Assembly: GCF_009914755.1 (NCBI RefSeq)
Contig: NC_060939.1
DNA: 64,000 nucleotides
Direction: 5' to 3' (one strand)
Source: the human T2T-CHM13v2.0 reference genome, Homo sapiens
Part shown: piece after piece, positions 1 to 12,770 of the stretch
Numbering within the stretch: position 1 is the first letter of the stretch
How the letters are laid out: the number at the start of each line of letters is the position of its first letter
Program-made: the position numbers and the translations under genes
Notes under the pieces: generated by a model
Told to the model about the DNA's origin: nothing
The model's input: the letters and a program-made list of their open reading frames with translations, nothing else
The model's database searches: none

Positions 1-2854
1 GCTCCCCACCTCTCACCCCTGGTTGTCTCTGTTTCCCGGAGGGTTCCGTTTGTAGGCACTGATGGGGGTTCTGGTTCTAGAGGAAGAGTATCTGAGCTCA
101 GAGGGAGTGCAGCTCCACAAGTGTGCCCCTCTGTGCCGGCATCTGGCTCAGGCATGCGTGAGCCCCTCTGTACAGATGCCTGCCTCACGCTGAGATGCCC
201 ACGGCCCAGGCATATCTCTCAGGAGCCCCCGAGAACCCTGACGGGAACCCAGAGCTGTTCCGCACAGAACACCAGGTCAATGATCTTGACTCTGTTTCTG
301 GGAAGATTACCCATCTGTGGCTTCCAGAAAGCACCTCTTCGTTTTTCTGAAACTCACAGCCTTCTCCCCCGACCTCCTGTCCTCTGCTTTTCTCTGAGGC
401 CAGAAGGAGAGATTTCCACACCGGCCCTTTGCCCTGGCCACAGGCCTGAGCTCCTGCATAGCAGCTGCTGTCCTTCCCCTTCTGGACTAGTCCACTCTAA
501 CCTGACCCTTTGGTAAAGAGTATGATGGACCCCCCACCGCTGTTACCAGTATTCAGCCACCCTGGAGCTGCGGCCACCCACACAGCTGTGGAAAGCCCCC
601 AGGCCACAGCCAGGCAGGAGCTCCTCCCCGGGTTCTCTTCTTCCTCTGCAGGAGCTTCCAGGCCAGAGCCCCAAGGCCTCATGCTGCCCCCTGCCCCAGC
701 TTTCTCAGGACATGAGGCGTCCCCTCCTTGCAGGCCCCCCAGGCTGACTTCTGTGTCACACAGCAGCCTTCACTTCCGTATCTTTCTTTCTCTTTTAAAG
801 GCATCACCTTCAACTGGAAGAAGAAATGAAAATACCACCTGTGCCTCGAAATCTTTCAGTTTCTAGCGAGGGACATCCCAGGCACTTGGTGGTGGGGCCA
901 GGGCTCCTGCCGGCCATAGGTGGGCTATTGGCCTGCAGGCCAGGTTCCTGCCTGCCACCACTCTGCACCCCTCTGTGCTGGCGGCATCAGGGAGGGTCTG
1001 GGGAGATGCAGACTGGACGTGTGGGTTGGGTGGGCCAGCAGGGGAGAGGGGCAGCGTAGGGTCCTGAGTCTGGGGGCAGGAGCAGACTGTGGTAGCAAGC
1101 ATGGGTGAGGACCTCAGTTCCCCTACCTGCTGGCTCTCATCGGGGCTGGGACAAGGTCAGGTCTGTGACAGGGCACGACACCGAGCCCAGCAGGTAGGAG
1201 GATTTGAGGACCTGTGAAGCTAGAAGGTCAAGCAGGGAATTCAGGATTTGGACACCCTCCTGGGATCAGCAGGCGTTCCCCCCTCCATTGCTCTGCTGGT
1301 AGCACCAGCCTTCCCAGAAAAAGGCTTCTTTGGCAGGGCCTGGGAACCTCCTGGAGGGAGCTGGGTGACCAGCTTCTCTGCTGAGCCCCACTGGGACAGC
1401 ACACCTCAGGAAGAGGCCGTCCTTGGTGCTCGTGGTGGGGAAGGGGAGCTGTGAACAAGGCTTCCCCCTGAGGCAGGGCTGGGGATGGGCAGTGGAGACT
1501 GGAGGCAGGGAAGAGCTACCCAGGCTTTGCCGCACGTGGGTGGCAAGCCCGCTAGAACCTGTGTGTGCTAGCGTCAAAGGGCACCCTCAGGGGGCTGGGC
1601 TGGGGAGGGGCCCCACCTTGACTGTGGTGATGAGAGAGGCAGGATGTGGGGCCCAGGAGGTGACTCTGCCTTGGAGGTGCTGCTCATGAGGGACGAGGGC
1701 ATCCTATGGCAGGCCCTAAGCCAGCGGAGCCTCAGAGTAGGGGAGAGAGGCGGGGCAGTGTGACTTGGGAAGCCAAGGCAAGAAATGGCTAAAGGAAAAG
1801 TGGGTGTCACAGTGGCTGGGCCCAAAGGCTCCCATCCTGCCATCCTGTGGCAGCAGCTTGAGGGGGCCCCAACCTCTTCTGTCTGCCCTTCCACCCCCTC
1901 CAGCCTCTGGGGCCCTGGGGCAGCATATAGGCTGCAGGGGTTGGGGGCTGCCTCTGTTGTAGTGGCTGCAGCGCTGGTGGAACAGGAAGGTGTGTTGTTG
2001 GCTTCTCCTGGACCACACCCCCTGAAGGTGACACCCTCCTAACACGAGGAAGAGAGCTGCGCTTCTCAGTGCGTTCCAGATCTCAGGCTTCAGTGTCTCC
2101 AGCCTGGCCTTCTTGGCCACTCCACATGAGTCTGCCTCAGTGTGGAGGCTTCTTCCTGCACTTTCAGGGGGGTTTATTTCTGAAGGCGGAAGGCAGGCCT
2201 CGAACCCCAGGTGTTCTTGCTGGTGGAGGAAAGTGGAAAACACGCAGGCTTTGTGGGAAGAAAGGACGCCACTCCTCCTCCCGTGGATTGCCTGTGGAGC
2301 TGGGACAGGCAGCTTGCCACTCTTGTCAGGATGACTGTGGAAGGTGATGTCTAGAAGAGAGAGCAGGAGCACAGGCGCCCCTCTTCAGCTTGGTTTTGCA
2401 CTAAAGGGACAGCAGAACCCAGAGGGCCTGGCTCTGTCAGCCCAGCCTCCAGTGCCTTCCGAAAGGAAAAACCACGCGTGGTACGTAGGCACACACGCAC
2501 GCCGCACCACATGCTTTTTATTGAAGTATACGTGTGCTACAGACCATTTAAGTACAGAAAAGCTAAAAGAAGAAATTAAGTGGCACCCACAGTTTTACCT
2601 CCCAGACAGGACTGTTGCTTGGCCTGGTTCTCACTGAAAAGCTGCCAGCATAGAGCCCAGGAAGCCCCTCCTGGCAGCCAAGGGTGTGACCCTGCAGTCA
2701 CGGCAGCCTGCCTGCTCTGGCCACTGATGTCCGCATTTTTTAGACCCTGGGGTCCTGACTGCATCTCAGGCCGCAGTGCCTTGGGCTCCAGTGGGGTGTC
2801 TCGGTGCTGGCATTGTAGAGTTTAAGCACCGCCCCAGAGCTGTGGTGGAGGCTC

Positions 2855-3212
2855 AGTGTGCTGCTGTAACAGAAATACTGGAGATGGGTGGCAAATAAAC
2901 AACAAGTTTATTTTCATAGTTCTGGAGGCTGGAAGTCCAAGATTAAGGCGCTGGCAGATTATTCTGTATCTGGTGAGGACCCTCTTCCTGGTTCGTAGAC
3001 AGCTGTCTTCTTACTATAATGTCACATAGTAGAGGGAGCAAAGGGATTTTCTGGGGTCTCCTTTCTAAGGGTACTAATCCCATAAGGAGGGCCCTACAGC
3101 CTCATGACATTATCACCTTCCAGAGGCCCCAATTCCTAAGACCATCCATCAAGCTGGGAGTTAGGGCTTCAGGGTATGGGTTTTCAGGAGGCACAAACAT
3201 TCAGCCTATAGT
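2855..3212 (-). mobile_element. MaLR solo LTR (MLT1A-like)
   Basis: gctgctgtaacagaaatac...agttctggaggctggaagtccaagattaagg...acaaacattcagcctatag, the reverse complement of the MLT1A-type consensus. Confidence 0.8.
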
Positions 3213-5838
3213 GCCCAGCGTTCTTGCCTAACCACGGAAGGCAGATGGCGAGGTAGGGTGGGGTACTGTATCCTCTGCAGGCCTACTCCCCCAACTCATG
3301 GCAGCTTTTTTGCCCCTTAACTTTGTAGGGCCGAAGCCTGTGACTGTCATTCCATCTGGGGGAATCCCAGGACCCAGGGCAATGCTGCTGCTGCCCATTT
3401 AGGGAGGGGAGGCTGACACTGCTTTCCCCATGAGCCGCCACCTGTGCAGATTATGACATGTTTCCCCAGAGTGTGGGATGGACCAATGCCCGCTGGGCCA
3501 CATGGGAGGCGGGTGCCCTGTCAGGCAGTAGTGGTACAGCAGCGCTGTCTTCGATGGAACAGCCACCATGCCGAGGACCTGGGGATCTGGAGGGCACTTG
3601 CCTCGTTCTGCACTGACCCTTAACATGAGTCTCTGGGACCCAGTCTGCTCCAGCTGGTGCCAGCCTGTGGTTAGTCAGCTTGCCTCTGATACTTCACTGC
3701 CCTGGCTGCATGAGTGCAAGGGCAGTGCTGTGTTCTTAGTGCCTAGCATGCAGTGGGGAGGAATTAGGCTGGTGTCTGCAGGAGAAGTCCTCCGGGCCCA
3801 TGTGAGGCGAGTATGGGCCAAGCCTGTGCCCCTGTGCCTGTGACCCAGGCTGGGAGCAGGGGGCTTCAGGTCCTCAGGCTGCTTTAAGCCTGTTTCTCCT
3901 GGGCCTGGAGGGCTTCCTGGGGAGGGGGTTCACAGCTTCCAGGTCCCCTCCTGCCACTTTGAACTTGGGTGTGAATTAATGAAAAGCAGATGAGCTCAGA
4001 TGTCCCTGGAATTCCACATGAAGTTGAATGGTATAAAGTAACCAGCCATGTGTTCTTGGCGGAACCAAAAGTACTCAGAGTGTTGCTGAAGCTGCCAAGT
4101 CCTCAGAGTAGCCTAGCCTTTGCCGAATTTGTGCTTCATGGGATGAATCCCATTTCATGAGATGATGTGCTTTTCTCCATTGAGTGAAGCCCTAGAGAAA
4201 ATGGCCCCTAACCCTCGGCCATTCCAGACATGGAGAGTAGTACAGCATGCGGCCCCTGCTTTTAAGCCAATATGCCCATTACAGGGCAGGAAGCAGCCAG
4301 GGTCTGCCGCAGTTATGGTAGGATATTGGGCATCCTGGACCCACGGATCCTGGACAGAAGGATGAAGCTTTGGGATTGGGGAGGGAGGGGATGAGCCGAG
4401 CAGGCCCCCCAGCGTGCAGGGCACCTGGATGCCGACCACATTGGTCCATTGTTCGGAACCTCGCCTTAGCTCTCTTCTGCCAGGGCCTAATGAGAACAAT
4501 GGTCTCTCAGCTGAGCAGGTGGACACCTGTGAACTTCATCTCATTACAGATCTCAAAGGAGGGAGTCTATGTGGTTCTGGGCAAGGATGCTCCACTTTGC
4601 TTCCGTCTTCACCAAACTCTTAAAATATGAAGTGTAGGAAATTATGCCCCTGCAGGGTTCAGGATAAAGGAAATGACACCCAAGCCTTGGTTCTTTGTAC
4701 CTGTTCCATCCACTGGGTATTTAGAGAAAGTAGCTTGGCGTGTAAGGTGGTCTCTGGCCCAACTTCACCCCCTTTTTTGGTGAAGTCTGGGACTTGCACA
4801 AGCACTGGCTCTTTGGCTCAGCTTTCAGACCTTGAAGGATCCGCAAGGAAGCTTTGGTCTGGGTACAGCCCTTGAGAAGGGCCTTAGAGGTGGCCATGCC
4901 AGCGGAGAAGGTGAGGCTAAGCAGGCTCTTGAGGTGCGCCCATGGCCAGGCCAGAATGCAGGCCTGGCACTCTTCGCCCAGGCGCCTTCTGGGCAGCAGC
5001 AGTTTTGAGTAAGTAAGGAGCCTAATGTTTAATGGCCTTTGTGTAAGAACATGATGATGACAGCGAGAGCAGGGAGGCTGGGAGGGAGTGTGTGGATGGA
5101 CATCCGAGTAAGAGTTCCCCAGTGTCTCCAGGAACCACTTGCTTTGTAAAATGACCCAAATCCACCATCCCTGGACCTGGCGCAGATTCTGAGTTGGGCC
5201 AAGGCCTGGGAAACCTGAGTTGGAAAGTCTTTTCTCAGCCCGTATCATGGACTTGCTTTTGGTGCTCTGGGCTGGGGTCAGATTTGTAAGTGTGTTCCTG
5301 TTGTAAGAAGTTGCCTTGCCAAAAGATCATCATTTGAGTGCCTGGCATTTGTTTTTATTTCTATTTGTGAAAGTCAAGCATGTTAATTAAGGATGATTTG
5401 AGAAACAGGAAAGTATCAAGAAAAATTAATGAAGAGGAAAATCAATAACTTTAATCCCACCACTCACAAGTCACCACTGTTAAAACGTGGGATCATTCCA
5501 TACAAGTCATTTTCTGTTCTACATTTTCCTGCTTTAACATCCTGTTAGGCTCATAACCCCAAGGCACTGACTGGTTTCTAACCTGGTTGCCCCGTGTGCG
5601 CTTGTCTTGCACTGAGAGCTCCAGTGATTGGCTGTCCTGGGACAGCCGTCCACCTCATTATTTTCAGGGGGAGTTCCCAGGAGCCTGCAAAGGAATGTGC
5701 ATTTTCAGGGCAGGTTGCTTCTTTTCAGAAAGGAAGGATGAGTGTGCTACCCGCAAGCAAGGCATGAGAGCGCCCAGGTATGCACCCTGGCAGGGAGAGT
5801 GGGCGGGTGGCTGTTGGATGTCTAAAAGGGTTTTGCAC

Positions 5839-6131
5839 ACCGGGCGCGGTGGCTCATGCCTATAATCCCAGCACTTTGGGAGGCTGAGGTGGGCAGATCT
5901 TGAGGTCAGGAGTTCAAGACTACTGGCCTGGCCAACATGGTGAAACACTGTCTCTACTAAAAATACAAAAATTAGCTGGGTGTGGTGGCGGACGCCTGTA
6001 ATCCCAGCTACTGAGGAGGCTGAGGCAGAGAATTGCTTGAACCCAGGAGGTGGAGGTTGCAGTGAGCTGAGATCACGCCACTGCACTCCAGCCTGAGCAA
6101 CAGAGTGAGACTCCGTGTCAAAAAAAAAAAA
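5839..6131 (+). mobile_element. Alu (AluS-like)
   Basis: Full dimer with A tail; TSD AAAAGGGTTTTGCA at 5824-5837 and 6200-6213. Confidence 0.97.
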
Positions 6132-8452
6132 GGGAGGCGGGGGGAGTTTTGCAGTGAACAGAAGTCACTGTTTAAGTAGAGTTTACACACAACAACAAAA
6201 AAAGGGTTTTGCAGTGAACAAAAGTCACTGTTGGAGTTTACACAACAGAGGGGTCGCCACGCTGCCCCGTACCTGGGAGCTTCAGACTGTTCCGAATAGG
6301 CCTCCCCTGGACACTGAGATCTTGGAGGCTTTGTGATCCAGCCTTGGATGCCGGGTCCTGAGATCTTGCAGTCCAGGGAAAGGTGAGATTGTCTCACAGC
6401 AGAGGCTTGCCTGCTGCAGGCCACGCTCAGGGGTTTCTACCTCCCTCAGTCCCAGTGTCTGCCCTACAGGCTCCCTTGGTCCCGCTCAGAATGCACAGAC
6501 CTGACCGTACCAGTGAGAAAGGACAGGCTGTGTGAGCTCTGCCTGGCCCAGGTGTGGGCTGGCCACGGGCTCCATGCCTGCCTTCTCCATGGGCCATGAC
6601 GTCGGCCAGCAGCCTCAGCAGCTGCTGAGATTAGCGTCTGTATGTGGTGCCACTTGGTGTGCCTCTGGCTCCTGGCCCTGTGCTGGCCCCGTGGAAGGGC
6701 CTGTCAGCATGTACTCTCTCCTGGGGACAGGAGCAGTATCTTCAGGGCTGGGTCTACCAACCCGGTCTGTGCATTTCCAGCCTCCTGTGTGCTTCCCAGC
6801 TCTGAATTATGACCACTGGGCTGATTTATTTCTTCTGACATTTGCAAGCTGTTAGGTGGCAGAGATCAGTGAATAAAAACTTAATAAAAGGCTGTATTTA
6901 ATCCCATGCATCCTAGGCTGAGCCAAGTTCCCTTAGGATTGAGCATCACCAGATAGAACCCAGAGACCACTGGCATTGGGACCTCCAGGGTGGCTACTTG
7001 GAGTTTTTGTGGGGAGGGCAGTTTCTTGACCGTGGAGCATGACGAGGCTGGACCCACCTCCCCGTCTGTATGCAGCCACCATGCAGCCCACCTAGGCTGT
7101 GGGCTCTGTTGATGCCGCCTTGGAGTGTGCGGCTTGCTCTGGGTGGGCCTTCCAGGGGAGGAGGGACTGCAGAGGTAGTGACAGGGAAGGGACCCTGGGC
7201 CAGGGGGCTGGGCTCAAGGGTGGCTCCACATCTGACTTTGTGGCCTCATTTCCTGGTCTGTCACTTAGGGAGTTTTGCTGGGGCCTGTTAAAGGGGGAGT
7301 GCCTGGAGGTATCAAAGCAGGGGCTTGTGGCCCTGGTCATCCAGTAGTTACTGGGGGTGTTTACAGCCGCCTGTGCTGGGCCTCCCCTGGAGAGGAAGTC
7401 ACGCCCACGTTAAGTGCGTGGGAAACCTGTCCCAGGCGTTCTGTAACCGTAGCTGCAGGTGCTCTGGGTGTTGCCTCCTGGCTGTAGAGGGCCCCCTTGT
7501 GAAGAGGGGAGCCCCAGGTTGGGGGGCCTGGGCTGGGCAAAGTCCCTGCCATCTGGCCTGCCCACTTGGGGCTGGCTGTGTTGGGCCTGGTCCCACCAGG
7601 GCTTGGGCTGCTTCCAGATCTGTTTTCATTTTCAATTCCCTTTATTGCTATAAAACCACTTCGGGGCTGCAGAGAACAAGCTGTTGTCCTCAGCTGACCT
7701 CAGATTCCTGGCCTCAATTGTTTGCCTCTTGCTAATTTTAGCTTCTGATCATTTCCACTCTTATCCACCCCCCAAAGGGAGACACAGACCAAGAATAGCT
7801 GCTGGGAAGGGGGGCTGTGGTGGCTGTGGCCAGAGTTCCAACAGTGAGCTGGCAGGGCTGTGGAGTGGCTCGCTGTGGCCAAGCCTGGGGCAGGGGGCTC
7901 TCGGCAGGCAACCCCCACACCCTTCCCCTCTCTCACCGAGGACTCTATACTGCAGGCATGGGCCTCAGAGGAGAAGAGGACTTCACTGTTCCTTCTTTTA
8001 AACAGAAACCAGGCTGCTTCTGGGGAAAAAGTACACCCCCACAGCCCTGCCTAGCTTGAAGACCCCTGAGAGTCCCTAACTCCCCTGAGCCCTTCAGACT
8101 CCAGGACCCAGGTTGTAGTGTGGGGTCAGACGTGGCACTTGACTACAGCCAGGCCCTGGATACAGCGTCAGTGTGGAGGCCTCAGGCCTATCCAATCCCT
8201 ACCCAGCTTGGCCCCAGAGCCTGGCACAGCTCTGCCCTCCCAGTGAGTGTCAGGCTGCAGTTGACTGACAGCAATGTCCAGTCCAGGACATCAGCCCAGG
8301 CCTGCAGGATGGGACTTTGCCTGCCTGGGGCAGGGAGAGAAGCAGCTGACCAAACCCCAAACCGTGGTGTGCTGGTGAGCAGGCCTGGGGAGAGCCAGAG
8401 GAGGGATGGGCTGAAATCCAGCGAGGAGGAATGGCCTCCAGGCAGGGCCTAG

Positions 8453-8793
<341 letters not shown>

Positions 8794-10132
8794 ATATTAA
8801 TAGTTTTTAAACTTCTGTTTGGAGAACTTCAGACAGATGCCCACATCTTCAGGACACCCACATTTTCAGCACCTGCTAGCCCCCTGCAGTCTTATCTCTG
8901 CCCCTCCCCCACCACCGTCCTCTCCAGTTGTTTTGAAGGAAATCCCAGATGCAATATCAATTTGTCCATAAATATTTCAGTGCCTTACATCTTCAAATGA
9001 AAGCCTGATACGTCTAATTTTCATACTGGGCTAACAGTAAGTGTGAAGCAAAAAATCCAAAGCCTGAAGTCACCCCACATGACTTGGTATTGGGAATTGT
9101 GTGGATCCAGCCCTAAAACCCCCGAGCTTGGGGTTGGAGCCACCATTTAAAGAAGTGTTGGAGCCCATCTCGCCATCCCTCAGCCTCGAGTTATAACTAG
9201 TCATAGGTAAAAAGAAGGCAACCAGGACACAGGTGTTTATGAGATCAAAAGCAACAACAACCGAAACAATCAACAGTGCTACTAAGGTAACACAGATAGG
9301 TGAGGAAGAGGCCAGGTGCTCAGTAAGTGTCTCCTGTGGACGGTCCCTCACCTCCCCTGAGCAGAAGGGCAGGGTGTCATCTCCACATGCCTTGGGGAGA
9401 TGGCAGGGCCAGCACTCTCCAATGGCTTCTGAAGAGGAGCTACTAGGAGAAGAAAGTGATGCTCTAAGGAAAGGCTGGACTGCCGAGAGCAGTATACCCA
9501 TCCCATTTTGTAAATTATGTTAAAAATTGTGTTAGAGTAGTGCATGTGGTAATACACATAGCTTAAGGATCCTGTCTTTCTGTACGTTCATTGTGATAAG
9601 CAGGTCACCCCCACCATCTGCCAGCTTCTTCAGCTACTGCCTTTGGTATTTACCTTTCCCAGCTCGATAACGTGCTCATAGGGGCTCTTCTTGATGGTAG
9701 AAGAGTGTTAGGCATTATCTCCTGACTTCCCATGATGGCACATGAGCGCCTGCAGGCACCCTTCTCCCACCCATGTGATAATTGGATATTTAGGATGGAG
9801 CCAGCATGCGGTATTTTGGGGGATCATGACAGTAAATGCTAGTTGCAGGTGACCCATACATTACACGTGTTTCTTTCCCTTAGACTCAATAGTTGCCATT
9901 TCTGCTTGGTTTTCCCAGTGCTGTTGTCCCCACACCCCCAGCCCCCCATTTGTCCCCACACACCCAGTGTGGCCTGCTCCGTGTGGCCTGGATAACATCT
10001 CTGTGGGGGTTGGCTGTCATCCTGGGACCCCTCCCCTACCATCCAGGCCCCACTTCCTGGAGCCCCTGCCATCTGCTTCTTGGCAGAGCTCCTGCTGCAT
10101 AGCCTCCTGGAAGGGGTGCACTGGAGGCCATT

Positions 10133-10725
<593 letters not shown>

Positions 10726-10739
10726 GGAGGCCATTGTTT

Positions 10740-11300
10740 TAAGGCTTATATGTCTGGAAATGTCTTGATCCTGGTCTGAGGTTGATTCACGTTTCTCTGG
10801 GTTGAATCATAGGTGGGAATGGTTTACTCGTGCGGTTTGGAGCTCTGATGTTGCTGTGGAGAAGACTGAAGCTTTTCTGATTCTGGCTGTGTGCACCTCC
10901 CGGTCTCTTTGCCTCTCAGGGCCTTTTGGGCTTGTGCCTTTACCAGGGCTTGGAGGTGTGCACGTGTGTGGAGGTGCTTGGCCAAGCTCTGTCCTCTGCA
11001 GCGGGCCCGTCGGGTGGCATCTGGAAAACATTCTTGCCACTTTCTTCACGATCACCTCACCTCCTGTGTTCTCAGGGCTGCCTGCAGTTCCTTTTATTTG
11101 GAGCTGTTGGTCTGATCCTTACATTTTCATATTTTTTCCCTCTTACCCATCCATTTGTATTTTTGCTCTGTTTTCTGTGAAATTCTCTCAGTGTTCTCTC
11201 CCAACCCTGCTATTGGGATTTTTATTTCTGCCACATTTTTCCTTCTGTATCTTTACTTTCAGACTCAGGTTTCTAAGCCTTTGCTTTCAAACTCAGGTTT
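10740..11300 (-). mobile_element. Ancient L1M (ORF1-region) remnant
   Basis: T-rich diverged sequence (tgttgctgtggagaagactga..., ggaaaacattcttgccact..., ttttctgtgaaattctctc) resembling antisense L1M ORF1; similar remnants at ~23900-24970 and ~44400-44970. Confidence 0.5.
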
Positions 11301-12449
11301 CTAAGCTTCCCTTTTAAAGGCGCATGCGGTTCTTGTTTCCGCCAGGCCGTCTATGCGGTGAGGATGTTAGTGACAGCTCTGGAAGTCTTCTCGTTGCGTG
11401 GCCTCTGCTCCCTCCACATCACCTGTCTCTGCTCCTTGGTCTGGGTCTCTTGCCCACCCACGTCAGGCTCTTCTGCATTGTCTGCTGATCCTTGATGTCT
11501 GGTGACACGGCCCAGAGAGCCTCGAGCTGCGTGGGGGCTTCTGGGTGCCCATCAGGCTCAGCGACGGTGGCCTCCTGTGGGTGGTCTACTGGGCCATCTC
11601 CTTCCGGGTTTTCCCCCAAGAGGAGTGTTCTGCTCCTGCCTGGGGGAGGGAGGGTGGTCCTGCTGCACACTGGGAGAGAAGCTGGGAGGCAGCACTCTGT
11701 GAGTGGGCTGTTCCCCACACCCCTGTTCTGGAGGCTGCCCTACTCTGAGCTGGGTCTGGAGTCGTCAGTCCAGAGCTCCCTCCTGTGTAGACCCTCCCAG
11801 AAAGTCAGCCTCTGGTTCCTGGCAGGTGCAGGAAGGGCAAGCAGCCATCTGTAAGGTGAGGAAAGACCTTGTGTCCACAGCTGCTTTATCTGATGTTCAG
11901 GTGCCCCCCACCAACTGCACCCCCACCCCCGCCAGAGACTCCCGAGCCTTTGTGGGGAAACGTGGATTGCTTCCTTGCCTTCTCTGCTGTCTTTCTAATT
12001 TCTTGCTTCCAGATTATTTTTGTTACTCTCTTTCCCTTTTGCTTTGTCTGTTAAAATCCACTTTCTTTCATTGTAGTGGGATCTGGGGCTGGAAGGGTGG
12101 TGGGTGCCTGTGCCTGACCTGCCAGCTTTATCCAGAGTTCCTGTTAGGCCTTTGGTCCAGTGCAGGAGGCGTGGGGAGAGATGAGGGTAAGGTAAGCACT
12201 AGGTAGGGGGCGGCTGAGAGTTGTCCAGCTGTTGGGCAGCCAGCATCTCCTTTGTTCTTGCCCAACAATGTTATCCAGGAGTTTGCCAGAGATACATCCA
12301 GCAATATCCTGGAAGCAACTGAAGGCAGCTCACAAGAAGACAGTTGTGCAGTGGAAGGAGGGGGTCCAAACCTAAGGTTGGCAGGTTGACTATAGTACAG
12401 TTGCGATTGTCTGCATTCTTACAGTTTCTGTCAAAACATCGTTTTCCCA

Positions 12450-12770
12450 AGTGGCTGGTCAGCTCCCCTGTGGTTAACATGCTTGCAGCAATGGATGAGA
12501 GCTCCAGTTGCTCCACCAGCATTTAGTATTGTCAGTGTTTTGGATTTTAACCATTCTCATAAATATGTATAGTGATATCTCGTTGTAATTTGAATTTTCA
12601 TAATAACAAATGACACTGAACACCTTTTCACACAGTTGTTTACCATCTCTCTATCTTCTTTGGTAAGAGTGTTCAGATCTTTTGTTCATTTTTTAAATTG
12701 GCATTTGCTTATTGTTGAGATTGAGTTCTTTATGTATTTTAGATACAAATTGCCTTTACTTTTGATCAGC
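12450..12770 (-). mobile_element. L1M 3' fragment
   Basis: ccagttgctccacc...ttttggattttaaccattctcataaatatgtatagtgatatctcg...gttcagatcttttgttcatttttt is typical of the L1M 3' region. Confidence 0.8.

Noticed and set aside
1716-2372. 218-aa ORF, and similar 200+ aa ORFs at 19251, 27436, 28143, 31098 and 56568
   Set aside because: No domains or codon bias; lengths are compatible with chance in GC-rich DNA, and several lie in the 3' UTR.
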